Positions 18,219 to 28,809 of a stretch of DNA of 64,000 bases are shown piece after piece (within the stretch, counting starts at the first letter, position 1; each line of letters starts with the position of its first letter). The DNA comes from Candidatus Sulfopaludibacter sp. (GTDB lineage: Bacteria > Verrucomicrobiota > Verrucomicrobiia > Limisphaerales > UBA11358): NCBI GenBank assembly GCA_035508155.1, contig DATJNM010000058.1, forward strand, positions 316-64,315. Direction: 5' to 3'. The position numbers were made by a program, and so were the translations under genes. The notes below the pieces were generated by a model. It saw only the letters and a program-made list of their open reading frames with translations. It ran no database searches and had not been told where the DNA came from.

Positions 18219-18911
18219 ATGAAGATGTGGTTGGGAAAAACGATATTGCCGGTGGGACTGATCCCGGTGCTGCTATCGGGTTGCGTAACTTATCCCATCG
18301 CCAAAAACCTCCAGGACCAGGCCCGACCGCTGACCCTGGCACAAGTAAGAGCGGATCCGGGCGCCTGCCAGGGCACGATTGTTATTTGGGGCGGCAGAAT
18401 CATCAAGGTTGACAACGACGTGAACCGCAGCGCTCTTTACGTTCTGGAACTGCCTCTGGGTGGTGACGGCAGACCGTTGGAGTATGCCGACACTTCCGGG
18501 CGTTTCATCGCCAGCAGCAAGGAGTTCCTGGACCCGGAGGTTTTCCAGCAGGGACGGCTGGTGACGGTGGCCGGTACCGTTGCCGGCTTGGAAAGTGGCC
18601 CGGTGCAGAAAGCCCAATACACTTATCCGGTGGTAAGCATCAAGCAAACCCACCTATGGCCCGTTGCGCGAAGTTATTACTACGATGACTACTACAACTA
18701 TCCTTACGGATATTGGTATCCAGGTTGGTATTGGTGGGGCTGGTACCCGGCATGGGGCTGGGGTTGGGGATGGTGGGGAGGGGCATGGTATGGTCACCAT
18801 TGGAACCGGGGCTGGCACTATCAAAATCAAGGCGGCCATTGGGGTGGAGCCTACCATTACTCGAGCGGATCGCAGGGCCGATCTTCCGGCGGAGGCTACT
18901 GGCATCATTAG
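18219..18911 (+). CDS. Slp family outer-membrane lipoprotein with Trp/Tyr/Gly-rich C-terminal tail
   Basis: Lipobox LLSGC. The Slp-like core (GTIVIWGGRIIKV...ALYVLELPL...GRFIA...GRLVTVAGTV) forms the first ~150 aa. The tail is described in the findings. Confidence 0.7.
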   Translation: MKMWLGKTILPVGLIPVLLSGCVTYPIAKNLQDQARPLTLAQVRADPGACQGTIVIWGGRIIKVDNDVNRSALYVLELPLGGDGRPLEYADTSGRFIASSKEFLDPEVFQQGRLVTVAGTVAGLESGPVQKAQYTYPVVSIKQTHLWPVARSYYYDDYYNYPYGYWYPGWYWWGWYPAWGWGWGWWGGAWYGHHWNRGWHYQNQGGHWGGAYHYSSGSQGRSSGGGYWHH

Positions 18912-19150
18912 GAACCGGCCTTGGCCCCCTTGGCCACAGGACCTGAAATCATTCGCGCCAACGTTACCCTTCGCTGTTGTACAGCTGTGCCAACGTCTTG
19001 ACGGCTGTTATCTCATCCGCAAGCCCGTAGCCGCGCTGCGGCCACCGTCTGACCCCAACAAGGTTTAGAATTCCCGGATGCGTTAAAAATTTTGCCTTCG
19101 AAAAATGACGCTTGCCGAGTGGCCGGGGTCGCCACATTTTAGGCCATTCT

Positions 19151-20020
19151 ATGAAAATTAAATCAGGGGCCTTCCGGGTTTGCGAAGGTGAACAGATCAA
19201 ACTCAAGCGGTGGCCGACCAGGGTGAAACCCTTCTACCCTTCGAAGGAGCATTCCCAGGAAATCCTCGCCGAACACACCCGGGAATTGAGCCGGCAACAA
19301 GGCCTGCTTTACGCCGACAACCACTACGCGGTGTTGCTGATTTTCCAGGCCATGGATGCCGCCGGCAAAGACGGCGCCATCAAGCACATCATGTCCGGCA
19401 TCAACCCGCAGGGCTGCGAGGTTTTCAGCTTCAAACAGCCCGGCCCCGAGGACCGGGAGCACGATTTTCTTTGGCGCACCACCTGCCGCCTGCCGGAACG
19501 CGGGCGAATTGGCATTTTCAACCGCTCTTATTACGAGGAAGTGCTGATCGTGCGCGTGCACCCGGAAATCCTCCGCGCCCAACAGATTCCGGAGGAATTG
19601 CTCAACCAACGAACGCTCTGGGAAAAAAGGTATCGCTCCATTCTGGACCTGGAGAAGCACCTGCATCGCAATGGGACACGCATCGTTAAATTCTTCCTGC
19701 ACCTGTCGAAGGATGAACAACGCCGCCGGTTCCTCGAACGGATTGACGACCCGGCGAAAAACTGGAAATTCAGCCAGGCCGACCTCGCCGAACGGAAATT
19801 CTGGAGGGACTACATGAAGGCTTATGAAGATTGCCTCGGCGCCACCAGCACCGACCATGCGCCGTGGTATATTGTTCCCGCCGACGACAAGGAAAACGCC
19901 CGGCTCATTATTTCACAAATTATTCTCGATACCTTGAAATCGCTGAAGCTGAGTTATCCCAAACCCGGCCAGGCGCATCGCCGGGAATTGCAATCCATCC
20001 GCAAATCGCTCGCAAAATAA
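19151..20020 (+). CDS. Polyphosphate kinase 2 family protein
   Basis: [18 protein letters not shown] (P-loop-like), [25 protein letters not shown] and the lid region [15 protein letters not shown]. Start set to ATG 19151. Confidence 0.88.
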   Translation: MKIKSGAFRVCEGEQIKLKRWPTRVKPFYPSKEHSQEILAEHTRELSRQQGLLYADNHYAVLLIFQAMDAAGKDGAIKHIMSGINPQGCEVFSFKQPGPEDREHDFLWRTTCRLPERGRIGIFNRSYYEEVLIVRVHPEILRAQQIPEELLNQRTLWEKRYRSILDLEKHLHRNGTRIVKFFLHLSKDEQRRRFLERIDDPAKNWKFSQADLAERKFWRDYMKAYEDCLGATSTDHAPWYIVPADDKENARLIISQIILDTLKSLKLSYPKPGQAHRRELQSIRKSLAK

Positions 20021-20032
20021 CGATCATCCGAC

Positions 20033-21295
20033 ATGACCGGCCTGCTCGCCACTGCGTTCACGGATTTTCCCCGGCGCTCCGTGATTCTGGCAATTTTTGC
20101 CATCACTTATCTTGGCATCGCCATGGGCCACGTGCCCGGTTTGAAACTCAATCGCGTCGGCATCGCCTTGCTGGGCGCCATTGCGATGATGATATTTGGC
20201 GACGTTTCCACCGGCAACGTCATTTCGTACATTAACTGGCCGACGATCTTTCTGCTGTTCGGCTTTTTTGTGATTTCGGCGCAACTCCGGCTGTCCGGGT
20301 TTTACGACCGGGTGGCCGGCGCCATTTCCGCGCGGCTCAGCCATCCCGCGCGGTTCCTGTTGGTCCTGATGGCGGCCACCGGTATGCTGTCCTCGTTTTT
20401 GAATCACGATATCGTCTGCTACGTTTTCGCGCCGATTGCCGGAGCCGCTCTCCTGCGCAAACGAATCAATCCCGCCCCGTTTTTGGTCGCGCTGGCCGTC
20501 GCCAGCAACATCGGCGCGGCGGCAACGCTCATCGGCAATCCGCAGGATATGATGATCAGCCAGATCGCGCATTTGGATTTCGGCGGTTACATTCTTTGGA
20601 CGTGCGTCCCGGTCACGTTTGCGATGGCCGCCGCCTACGGCATCATCTGGCGACTGTCGCGGAAAAGACTGGCACTGACCGCGGCCGCGCCGGCGGAATT
20701 AACCCAGCAAGCCTATCCGTTCAATCGGCCTCACACCATCAAAGGCATCGTCATTCTGGTCGTGGTGGTTGGTTTGTTCTTCACCGGGTTGCCCAAGGAA
20801 GTTATCGCCCTGGCTGCCGCCGGAATTCATCTGGCGAGCACCAGGTTTCGCACCAACGATTTACTGGGCCTGGTGGATTGGCCGATTCTTGTGTTGTTCA
20901 TGGGATTGTTTGTGGTCACCGGCGCCTTCCAATCCACCGGTTATGGCGCTCAGGCCGTGCAATGGCTGGCACACGGCGGTTTTAATCTCAACTCGCCAAC
21001 CACCCTGACGTTGACGACAGCCGGATTGTCCAATCTGATCAACAACTCGGCGGCGGTGATGTTGCTGCTCAAGATGGTCAACCTCTCACAGCCGACCGCC
21101 GCTTACCTTCTGGCGCTGGCGAACAGCTTCGGCGGCAGTCTCATCATCATCGGCAGCGTTTCCAACATTATCGTGGTTCAACAGGCCCGTACTCTGGGCG
21201 TCAAGATCTCCTTTTGGGACTTTGCCCGGCTGGGCATCCCGGTGACATTGGCCGCGTTGGCCGGACTGCTGATTTGGATTGCCCTGGTGACTTAA
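20033..21295 (+). CDS. Anion permease (ArsB/NhaD / SLC13-like superfamily)
   Basis: 420 aa, highly hydrophobic, about 10-12 TM spans. LGNPQDMMI-type motif and an internal repeat architecture. Confidence 0.65.
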   Translation: MTGLLATAFTDFPRRSVILAIFAITYLGIAMGHVPGLKLNRVGIALLGAIAMMIFGDVSTGNVISYINWPTIFLLFGFFVISAQLRLSGFYDRVAGAISARLSHPARFLLVLMAATGMLSSFLNHDIVCYVFAPIAGAALLRKRINPAPFLVALAVASNIGAAATLIGNPQDMMISQIAHLDFGGYILWTCVPVTFAMAAAYGIIWRLSRKRLALTAAAPAELTQQAYPFNRPHTIKGIVILVVVVGLFFTGLPKEVIALAAAGIHLASTRFRTNDLLGLVDWPILVLFMGLFVVTGAFQSTGYGAQAVQWLAHGGFNLNSPTTLTLTTAGLSNLINNSAAVMLLLKMVNLSQPTAAYLLALANSFGGSLIIIGSVSNIIVVQQARTLGVKISFWDFARLGIPVTLAALAGLLIWIALVT

Positions 21296-21558
21296 TCAAA
21301 AAATCGGCGAGGAACCAAAATCGCGCGCCTGCCCCGTAGATCCGCCAGCCTATCCCATTCTTTTAAAAGCACTTGGAGCAGACAGATCCATTTTAGACGC
21401 GTGCGAATTCTCATGAAACTTCTTCCACGAGAACGTCGTCTATGTTCGTGGTGGGCGGACCATAATACCAACTATTATTGATATTCGCGTAAAATAATGG
21501 GCGCATTTCCCGTTAAGTCGCAGTTCAGTGATCCGTCCAGTTGATTGAATGAGCGATT

Positions 21559-23379
21559 ATGATTCGGCGATTCCCGGCGCATCGGTTTGTGATGGCTTCT
21601 CTGGCAACGGCGATTCTGGCCGTTTCATCACGGTCCCATGGGGTGACCATCCTGTCGGGGCCTTCCTTTTCCCCGGCAACCAATGCTCCGCTGGCCGGAG
21701 TGTTGCAGTTGACCACCGATGTGGATTCAAGAATCAGCGTCCTGGTCAGCGACGCGACGGGCATCTGGGAACGCGATTTCTATGATTATGCCACGACCCA
21801 CTCGGTGACAATGCTTGGGTTCAAGCCGGATCAAACCAACGAAATCCAGGTTACGGTGTATGATAAGAGCCGGAACGCATATACGGCCCCGCAACTGCTG
21901 ACGTTTGTCACCGGTTCCTTGCCGGCGGATTTCCCGGTTTACAACGTGTTAACCAGTGAACCAAGCCAAATGGAGCCGGGATATTTTTTATTCATTATTG
22001 CGAACCGAAGCGGCACCCTTACCAATTACATCACCATCATGGACGGTTCTGGGAATGTCGTCTGGTATTGCCCGTCCGTACTTTCGATTGATAATGAAGC
22101 GCGACAACTGGACAACGGCGATTTGTTCATGGAACAGCAAAGCCCATCGAATAATTTCCTGGAGATCAATATGCTCGGAGAGGCAGTCAGGACCTGGTCT
22201 CCGCCCGCAGGCTATCCGGTAAATGCCCACGAAGGGCTCGTAACCGATCATGGCACGATCTTATATCTCAGTGATGTTGCCGAGGAAGTCTCCAATTTCC
22301 CGAGCAGCGATAGCATCTCCAATGCTCCGGTGGAAACGACAAACATTGATGACAATCCGGTCGTTGAAATTTCGATGACCAACTCGGCGCTCCTCAATGC
22401 CTGGTCGCCCTTGAAGTTGATGGATCCCACGCGAGTCACTTACCTCACTTATGCCGTTAATGAGGGCTCCGGCTCGCCTGTCGGGGTGGATAATGAGCAT
22501 GCCAATGCGATCATTGAAGATACCAATGACAATTCCATCATTGTTTCGTTACGTACGCAGAATGCGGTCCTCAAATTCTCCCGAGCCACCGGACAGTTGC
22601 TATGGATACTGGGTTCGCCGGCCAATTGGGGGACGAATTGGCAGCCCTACCTGCTCACCCCCGTGGCCACGCCGTTCGACTGGAATTACGGCCAGCACGC
22701 GCCGCAACTTACGCCCCAGGGCACGTTGCTGGTTTACAACGACAATAATTTCCAGGCCAGTCCTTATGATCCGCCGGTGGCCGACGCGGACAACTACAGC
22801 AGTGCGATCGAATATAACATCAATGAAACCAACATGACGGTGTCCGAAGTCTGGAATTCTGCCTGGCAGACAAATCAAGACCGCCTTTTTACGCCCTACG
22901 TGGGTCGGGTACAGTGGCTTCCCCAAACCCGGAACATCCTGGTTGATTACGGCGCCGTCAGTTATGTCAATGGAGTCCACCCCAGTGCCTACAGCCCCTC
23001 AGCGACTGCGGTTCGGATTGTAGAATACACCCACGACCCGGTGCCGCAGGTGGTGTTCGATGTTTCCTTTTTCGATGATACCAACATCAGTTCAAGTTAT
23101 GGCGGGACGTTCTGTTATCGTGCCTATCAAATTCCCGATCTTTATACCCACCCGGCCGAGCCGGTCGCCGACCTCATGTTAAGCGACGAAGATCAGATAC
23201 CGCTCTTGGAATTTTCAGCTGACCCGAGCCAAAGTTATCTTATTGAAGCCTCAACCGACCTGACGAATTGGACCAGCATCGGAGCGCCGATCCAAGAGGG
23301 AGCCGCTGGCGATTATGATTTTGAGGATCTGGACAGCATTCACTTTACGAACCGCTTTTATCGCGTGGTCACGCAATGA
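21559..23379 (+). CDS. Arylsulfotransferase (ASST)-like secreted beta-propeller protein
   Basis: Signal peptide. Motifs GYFLFIIANRSG, IMDGSGNVVWY and HANAIIEDTNDNSIIVSLRTQNAVLKFSRATGQLLWILG are typical of the ASST family. Extra C-terminal module ...EASTDLTNWTSIG...RFYRVV. Confidence 0.7.
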   Translation: MIRRFPAHRFVMASLATAILAVSSRSHGVTILSGPSFSPATNAPLAGVLQLTTDVDSRISVLVSDATGIWERDFYDYATTHSVTMLGFKPDQTNEIQVTVYDKSRNAYTAPQLLTFVTGSLPADFPVYNVLTSEPSQMEPGYFLFIIANRSGTLTNYITIMDGSGNVVWYCPSVLSIDNEARQLDNGDLFMEQQSPSNNFLEINMLGEAVRTWSPPAGYPVNAHEGLVTDHGTILYLSDVAEEVSNFPSSDSISNAPVETTNIDDNPVVEISMTNSALLNAWSPLKLMDPTRVTYLTYAVNEGSGSPVGVDNEHANAIIEDTNDNSIIVSLRTQNAVLKFSRATGQLLWILGSPANWGTNWQPYLLTPVATPFDWNYGQHAPQLTPQGTLLVYNDNNFQASPYDPPVADADNYSSAIEYNINETNMTVSEVWNSAWQTNQDRLFTPYVGRVQWLPQTRNILVDYGAVSYVNGVHPSAYSPSATAVRIVEYTHDPVPQVVFDVSFFDDTNISSSYGGTFCYRAYQIPDLYTHPAEPVADLMLSDEDQIPLLEFSADPSQSYLIEASTDLTNWTSIGAPIQEGAAGDYDFEDLDSIHFTNRFYRVVTQ

Positions 23380-23583
23380 CGCAAAAACTGGCCATCCGCC
23401 TGCCGTTATCCAGATTCAACGCGATTCGGCCATAAAACAGCGAATACGAAGAATCCTCGCGGAATAATTTAACATCCAGCCCGAGGGGAGGCCGGGGTGA
23501 CAGGCTCTTTTCGTCGTGAATGAACCGAGGCAGCGCCCGCCTTCCGTCTCGACTCGGAGTGCCGACGCGCGTACGTTGCCGAT

Positions 23584-24582
23584 ATGAACCAACTTCTCAT
23601 CAGCCTGATGGGTGCGTTGCTGGCAACAAACCAGCCACAGGCCGTCAGCAATTTGATCCAGCAAAGCGCCGGCGTCTCGGTCAATCTCCCCAACCCGAAT
23701 GACCCGGCCGAGAAGGAACTGATCCGGTTGATGGCCGAGGACGATGCGGCCATGGCCGAAGTGGACAAATGGATTCAGGACAATAACGCCTTCGCCGCCC
23801 AGGGCGCGGGCGAAACCAAAGCCGAACTCAACCAGCGCATCATGGCCCGACTGGACGTGGTTCGCAAAAGCTACGAGGACTTTTTGCGGCGCTATCCGGA
23901 TTTTGTTCGCGGGCATCTGGCCTACGCCAGTTTTCTGAACAACATCGGTGACGAGGAGGCCGCAAAAGCCCAGGATGAAAAGGCCCGGGAGCTGGATCCC
24001 AAAGACCCGGCGGCTTGGAACAACCTCGGAAATTACTATGGCGAAAACGGCCCCATCACCAATGCTTTTGTGTATTATGCCAAGGCCATTGAGCTGGATC
24101 CCCGCGAGCCGGTTTATTATCAGAACCTCGCCACCATGGTTTATCTCTATCGCGTGGATGCCAGGGCCTATTATCACATTGACGAACAACAGGTCTTCGA
24201 CAAGTCACTCGCTCTCTACCGCAAGGCGGTGCAACTGGATCCGGACAATTTTCCCCTAATAACCGATTACGCCGAGAGTTACTACGGCATTCGCCCCCTC
24301 CGCACCAACGACGCACTGGTTGCGTGGACCAACGCGTTTCAAGTCGCCCACGACGACCTCGAGCGCGAAGGCGTTTATATTCACCTCGCCCGGATTAAAA
24401 TGCTGGCCGGGCGCTACGCCGAAGCCCGGGCGCAACTCGAGGCGGTGACCAATGAGACGTATGCCGGCCTCAAACACACTCTCGAAAATGCCATCACCTG
24501 GCGGGAAAACCAGGCAACCAATGTGCACGCCGTTCCTGATGCTGCGCCCATTGACTCCAACGCGCCCGCCCAGGTCCATTGA
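23584..24582 (+). CDS. Tetratricopeptide repeat protein
   Basis: Repeated TPR-like units ([55 protein letters not shown]). Confidence 0.7.
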   Translation: MNQLLISLMGALLATNQPQAVSNLIQQSAGVSVNLPNPNDPAEKELIRLMAEDDAAMAEVDKWIQDNNAFAAQGAGETKAELNQRIMARLDVVRKSYEDFLRRYPDFVRGHLAYASFLNNIGDEEAAKAQDEKARELDPKDPAAWNNLGNYYGENGPITNAFVYYAKAIELDPREPVYYQNLATMVYLYRVDARAYYHIDEQQVFDKSLALYRKAVQLDPDNFPLITDYAESYYGIRPLRTNDALVAWTNAFQVAHDDLEREGVYIHLARIKMLAGRYAEARAQLEAVTNETYAGLKHTLENAITWRENQATNVHAVPDAAPIDSNAPAQVH

Positions 24583-24644
24583 ATTTTTCGTGGTTGGTAA
24601 AACCTGGAAATCCTGCTAAATTAAACAACCTTTTTGCACCAACC

Positions 24645-25034
24645 ATGAATTTTTATGACACGCTGAAATTTGACGCCAACGGACTGATCCCGGCCATCGT
24701 TCAGGATCAACGAACCGGCCGGGTGCTGATGATGGCGTGGATGAATCACGCCTCGCTGGAAAAGACCCTCGTGACCGGCAAGACGCATTTCTGGAGCCGT
24801 TCACGCCAGAAATTCTGGATGAAAGGTGAAACCAGCGGCCATGTGCAGAGCGTCAAAGACATTGCGTTCGATTGCGACGGCGACGTGCTGCTCATCCAGG
24901 TTGAGCAGACCGGCGCCGCCTGTCACGAAGGCTACCAATCCTGTTTTTTCCGGTCGGTGGAAAATAACGGAAAATCGGTTAGGATAACCGAGGCCCGGCT
25001 TGAAACGCCGGAACAAATTTACGGAAAGAAATAA
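24645..25034 (+). CDS. hisI: Phosphoribosyl-AMP cyclohydrolase
   Basis: [60 protein letters not shown]. Start set to ATG 24645. Confidence 0.9.
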   Translation: MNFYDTLKFDANGLIPAIVQDQRTGRVLMMAWMNHASLEKTLVTGKTHFWSRSRQKFWMKGETSGHVQSVKDIAFDCDGDVLLIQVEQTGAACHEGYQSCFFRSVENNGKSVRITEARLETPEQIYGKK

Positions 25035-25654
25035 TGGACAATTCGGTCTCATTCGACAGTCACCAGTATTTTCTAATGCTCGGACTGCTGGTCTTCGGGC
25101 GCGGGATGGATTTCCTCAGCACGTGGATTGCCACGCCCAACCTGGCGCTGGAAGGCAATCCCATCGCCAAAAAGCTCGGCTGGCGCTGGGGGTTGTTGCT
25201 CAACGCAGTATTGGTCATCGCCCTGGCCCTGTGGCCGTTGTCGGCCATTGTTGTTGCCACCGCCAGCGTGCTGGTGGCCGCGCGCAATTTTCAGTCTGCC
25301 TGGCTGATGCGTTCGCTGGGTGAGGATGCCTACCGCGAATGGCATGTGCAGCGCGTGCGGGAGACACGCGTCACGCTCCATCTCTTTTGCCTGGCCGGCA
25401 ACACGTCGTTGACGGCCGTGGTCGGTGCGGCGCTGATTTATTTCAGCAAGCCATGGCAGGTGCCGTTTGCCATCGGCATGGGCATGGTGGCTTACGCCAT
25501 CGCCGTGGCCTTTTACTCCCTACTGGCCATCTGGCGCATCCACCGGGCCACCAAACGCGAGGTGCGCCAGTTGCAAGCTGCACAAAATCAAGCGTCAACC
25601 GTCCGCGCGCTCGTGGTTGAAACGTACTCGCGTCCGCCTGATCAAATAGTTTAA
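25034..25654 (+). CDS. Integral membrane protein (DUF5658-like)
   Basis: ATG overlaps the hisI TAA by 1 nt. About five TM spans. The N-terminal motif GMDFLSTWIATPNLALEGNPIAK resembles the D..T...E.NP signature I associate with DUF5658. Confidence 0.55.
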   Translation: MDNSVSFDSHQYFLMLGLLVFGRGMDFLSTWIATPNLALEGNPIAKKLGWRWGLLLNAVLVIALALWPLSAIVVATASVLVAARNFQSAWLMRSLGEDAYREWHVQRVRETRVTLHLFCLAGNTSLTAVVGAALIYFSKPWQVPFAIGMGMVAYAIAVAFYSLLAIWRIHRATKREVRQLQAAQNQASTVRALVVETYSRPPDQIV

Positions 25655-25665
25655 GCTGTTGGCGC

Positions 25666-27219
25666 ATGTACTCGCCAACGCTGGAAGAGTTTTTGAGACT
25701 GGCCGGGCAGGGGAACTTGATCCCCGTCACGCGCCGTCTGCTGGCCGACATTGAAACGCCGCTGTCGGCTTATCGGAAAATTCGCGGCCAGGCCGAATCC
25801 TTTTTATTTGAATCCGTTGAAGGCGGCGAGCATCTGGGCCGCTATTCGTTCGTCGGCTGCAACCCGCGCGCCGTGATCCGGCAAACCGGGAACCGCGTCG
25901 AAGTCGTCGAAAACGGCAAGGTCGTCGAAAGCTTTGAAGTCAAAGGAAGGGCTGGCAGTCCCCGGTCCGCCGCGGCGCGCTCGGAGTGCGCGCCCTACCA
26001 CGTTGCTGACGGCCTCGAAGTGGTCGAGCGGGTGATGAAAAAATTCCGGCCCGTCACGCTGCCCGGTCTGCCCCGGTTTACCGGCGGGGCGGTCGGCTTC
26101 ATCGGCTATGAATTCATTCACGACGTCGAGCCGGTGGTACCGCGCCCGCCCAAGGACGAATCGGGCACACCCACCATGGTTTTTCTTATTGCCGATCAAT
26201 TGCTGATTTTTGACCGGGTGGCACAGACCATCACGATTCTGGTCAACGCGATTTTGAATGACACGGTAAATCCGGCGGACGCCTACGAAGAAGCCACCAG
26301 CGAGATCGAACGGCTAATTTCCCTGCTCGAACAACCGAGCGAACATCATCCGGTCACCGTGCCGGACGATGTGCCGGTGATTCCGTTTGAATCCAATCAG
26401 ACGAAGGAAAAGTTTTCCGCGAACGTCCTCAAGTCCAAGGAATACATCACGGCCGGCGACATCATTCAGGTGGTCGGTTCGCAACGCTTTTGCGCGCCGG
26501 TCAAGGCATCGCCGCTGGACATTTACCGCGCCGTGCGTTCCATCAATCCCTCACCCTACATGTTTCTGCTGGAACTGAACGGGTTCTCGCTCGTCGGCGC
26601 GTCGCCGGAGATTCACGTGCGCTGCGAAGAGGGAAAAGTGGAAATCCGGCCCATTGCCGGAACGCGGCGCCGCGGCAAAAATGACGAGGAAGATCTGGCC
26701 CTGGAAAAGGAATTGCTCGCCGACCCAAAGGAACGCGCCGAGCACGTCATGCTGGTGGATTTGGCGCGCAACGACATCGGGCGCGTCTGCGACTTTGGCA
26801 GCGTGCAGGTGAAGGAACTGATGGTCATTGAGCGCTACAGCCACGTCATGCACATCGTCACTCAGGTCGAGGGCAAACTGTCCGCCGGCAAGACGCCTTA
26901 TGACCTGATGCGGGCAACCTTCCCGGCGGGAACCGTCAGCGGCGCGCCGAAAATTCGCGCGATGCAAATCATATCCGAACTGGAGCAAACCGCGCGTGGG
27001 CCGTATGCGGGTTGTATCGGTTACTTTTCCTTCAACGGCAATCTCGACACCTGCATCACTCTCCGCACCGCCCTCATCAAGGATGGCAAGGCCTATGTGC
27101 AGGCCGGCGGCGGCTGGGTGAACGATTCCACGCCCGAAGGTGAATATCAGGAAACGGTGAACAAATCCATGGCCATGCGCAAAGCGATTGCGATGGCGGA
27201 AAACTTCGTCAAAGGCTGA
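25666..27219 (+). CDS. trpE: Anthranilate synthase component I
   Basis: [19 protein letters not shown], chorismate-binding C-domain, [34 protein letters not shown]. Confidence 0.93.
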   Translation: MYSPTLEEFLRLAGQGNLIPVTRRLLADIETPLSAYRKIRGQAESFLFESVEGGEHLGRYSFVGCNPRAVIRQTGNRVEVVENGKVVESFEVKGRAGSPRSAAARSECAPYHVADGLEVVERVMKKFRPVTLPGLPRFTGGAVGFIGYEFIHDVEPVVPRPPKDESGTPTMVFLIADQLLIFDRVAQTITILVNAILNDTVNPADAYEEATSEIERLISLLEQPSEHHPVTVPDDVPVIPFESNQTKEKFSANVLKSKEYITAGDIIQVVGSQRFCAPVKASPLDIYRAVRSINPSPYMFLLELNGFSLVGASPEIHVRCEEGKVEIRPIAGTRRRGKNDEEDLALEKELLADPKERAEHVMLVDLARNDIGRVCDFGSVQVKELMVIERYSHVMHIVTQVEGKLSAGKTPYDLMRATFPAGTVSGAPKIRAMQIISELEQTARGPYAGCIGYFSFNGNLDTCITLRTALIKDGKAYVQAGGGWVNDSTPEGEYQETVNKSMAMRKAIAMAENFVKG

Positions 27220-27231
27220 ATACGAATTCAC

Positions 27232-27576
27232 TCACGTTTTCGCCGCCAATGCCTCCAGCGCCTCCATCACGACAGGAATGTGCGTATAGGCCGGGCCGCC
27301 CTGCATCATCACAGCCACACTGGCGGCTTCGAGAATTTCGGCGGGCGTGTTGCCGGCGTCGAGGCATTTCTGGACATGCAGATTGATGCACGGTTCACAC
27401 CGCTGCGCGACTGCAATGCCGAGCGCCACCAGTTCCTTTTGTTTGGTCTTGAGCGCGCCGTCCTTCATAATGTTCAAAAACAGCCCGCCGAAACCCTTCA
27501 CCATGTCCGGCGCGGACTGTTTCATCTTCTCGGCGGCGCCTTTGAATTTTTCTAAAAAAGCCAATGTGTCAGACAT
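27232..27576 (-). CDS. Carboxymuconolactone decarboxylase / AhpD-like family protein
   Basis: 114 aa. LKTKQKELVALGIAVAQRCEPCINLHV, the CxxC of the AhpD-like fold. Confidence 0.75.
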   Translation of the reverse strand: MSDTLAFLEKFKGAAEKMKQSAPDMVKGFGGLFLNIMKDGALKTKQKELVALGIAVAQRCEPCINLHVQKCLDAGNTPAEILEAASVAVMMQGGPAYTHIPVVMEALEALAAKT

Positions 27577-27709
27577 CTATTTTCCCTTTCCTGTTTTTCA
27601 GATTCGTCGTTGTTACATGTTGATGTTTAATTAAACGAGCTTGTTTTTCAGGTCAATATTGCATTATCTTTTAATCTCGTCGAAATCAACATTTTTTATC
27701 TTCTGTGAC

Positions 27710-28150
27710 ATGAACGCATCCCACCCAATTGCCTTGAAGCAAAGCCGGCTCAAATCCATCCGGACCGATGCCCACCCTTTTTGCATCGTGTGCGGCCAGT
27801 CAAATCCGCTTGGCTTGGGCGTGAAATTTGTCTGCGAAGAAGACGGTTCGGTTTCGGCGAAATTCCTGGGCCATCCGGCCCTGGAAGGATTTGAAGGACT
27901 CTTTCACGGCGGGATGATTGCGTCGCTGTTGGACGGTGCCATGACCAACTGTCTGTTCGCCAGCGGCATCGTGGCACTGACGGGAGAATTGAATGTGCGT
28001 TACCGCCTGCCGGTGCTGATTGGTGAGGAGATATGTGTGCGCGCCTGGATTGAACGCTCATGGCCGCCACTGCATTTGCTGGCGGCGGTATTGAAACAGA
28101 GGGACGTCGTGAAAGCCACGGCCACGGCCAAATTCATGGAACGGCCATGA
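27710..28150 (+). CDS. PaaI-family hotdog-fold thioesterase
   Basis: CIVCG...LGLGVKF, FHGGMIASLLDGAM, ELNVRYRLPV. Start set to ATG 27710 (MNASHP). Confidence 0.7.
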   Translation: MNASHPIALKQSRLKSIRTDAHPFCIVCGQSNPLGLGVKFVCEEDGSVSAKFLGHPALEGFEGLFHGGMIASLLDGAMTNCLFASGIVALTGELNVRYRLPVLIGEEICVRAWIERSWPPLHLLAAVLKQRDVVKATATAKFMERP

Positions 28151-28200
28151 CCGGCAATATCCAAATCACCGTCTTGGCGGATAAAACGTGAACCACCCTT

Positions 28201-28809
28201 TCATGCCCGCCGCGCCAGAATTTGCACGACCGCGGCGCGACCGGTGTGGCCGCCACCTTCGATGACTTCGCGCTCGATTTCATGCGCGACAAGAAAATCC
28301 AGGCCGGACAATTCGTCGCGCAAAGCCGCCAGCGTCATGAGGAGTTCGGGATTTTTCGGTCCGCCGGTTCCAAAGGCCAGTTGCGCCGGCGTGTAGGCTT
28401 CCAAAATAAAAACGCCGCCGGGTTCAAGTCCCGCCACCACTTCACCGTGAATCCGGCGCCGCAGCAGCGGCGGCAAATGCGCGAACGTCGCGACGATTCC
28501 CACCCATGCGCCCGGCGCGATGGAATATTTTTCCAGGTTGGCCACGACGGTTTCAATTACGACGCCACGCGCGGCAGCGAGGCGGCGCGCTTTAGCCATG
28601 CCAACTTCCGATTGGTCCACGGCCGCCACACGATGTCCCAGCGACGCGAGATAAACGGCGTTTCGTCCTTCACCCTCGGCCAAACAAAGAACGGGGCCGG
28701 CGGGAATGTGCGCCGCGCATTCCGCGATGAATGCGTTTGGCGTCTCGCCATAAACATAATGTTCATGGGAAAAACGCTCGTTCCAAAATGCGGCGTCCAG
28801 CGAATTCAA
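28201..28809 (-). CDS. Class I SAM-dependent methyltransferase (TehB/TPMT-like size)
   Basis: Motif I VLCLAEGEGRNAVYLA, then a Rossmann-like continuation. The TTG start overlaps the upstream stop (TTGA). Confidence 0.65.
   Translation of the reverse strand: MNSLDAAFWNERFSHEHYVYGETPNAFIAECAAHIPAGPVLCLAEGEGRNAVYLASLGHRVAAVDQSEVGMAKARRLAAARGVVIETVVANLEKYSIAPGAWVGIVATFAHLPPLLRRRIHGEVVAGLEPGGVFILEAYTPAQLAFGTGGPKNPELLMTLAALRDELSGLDFLVAHEIEREVIEGGGHTGRAAVVQILARRA

Noticed and set aside
18654-19068. Alternative-frame ORFs (18654-18908 minus, 18664-19068 plus, 18713-18946 plus) over the Slp tail
   Set aside because: They are by-products of the TGG/GGN/TAY repeat composition of the Trp/Tyr/Gly-rich tail. 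The frame continuous with the lipobox-bearing Slp core is preferred.
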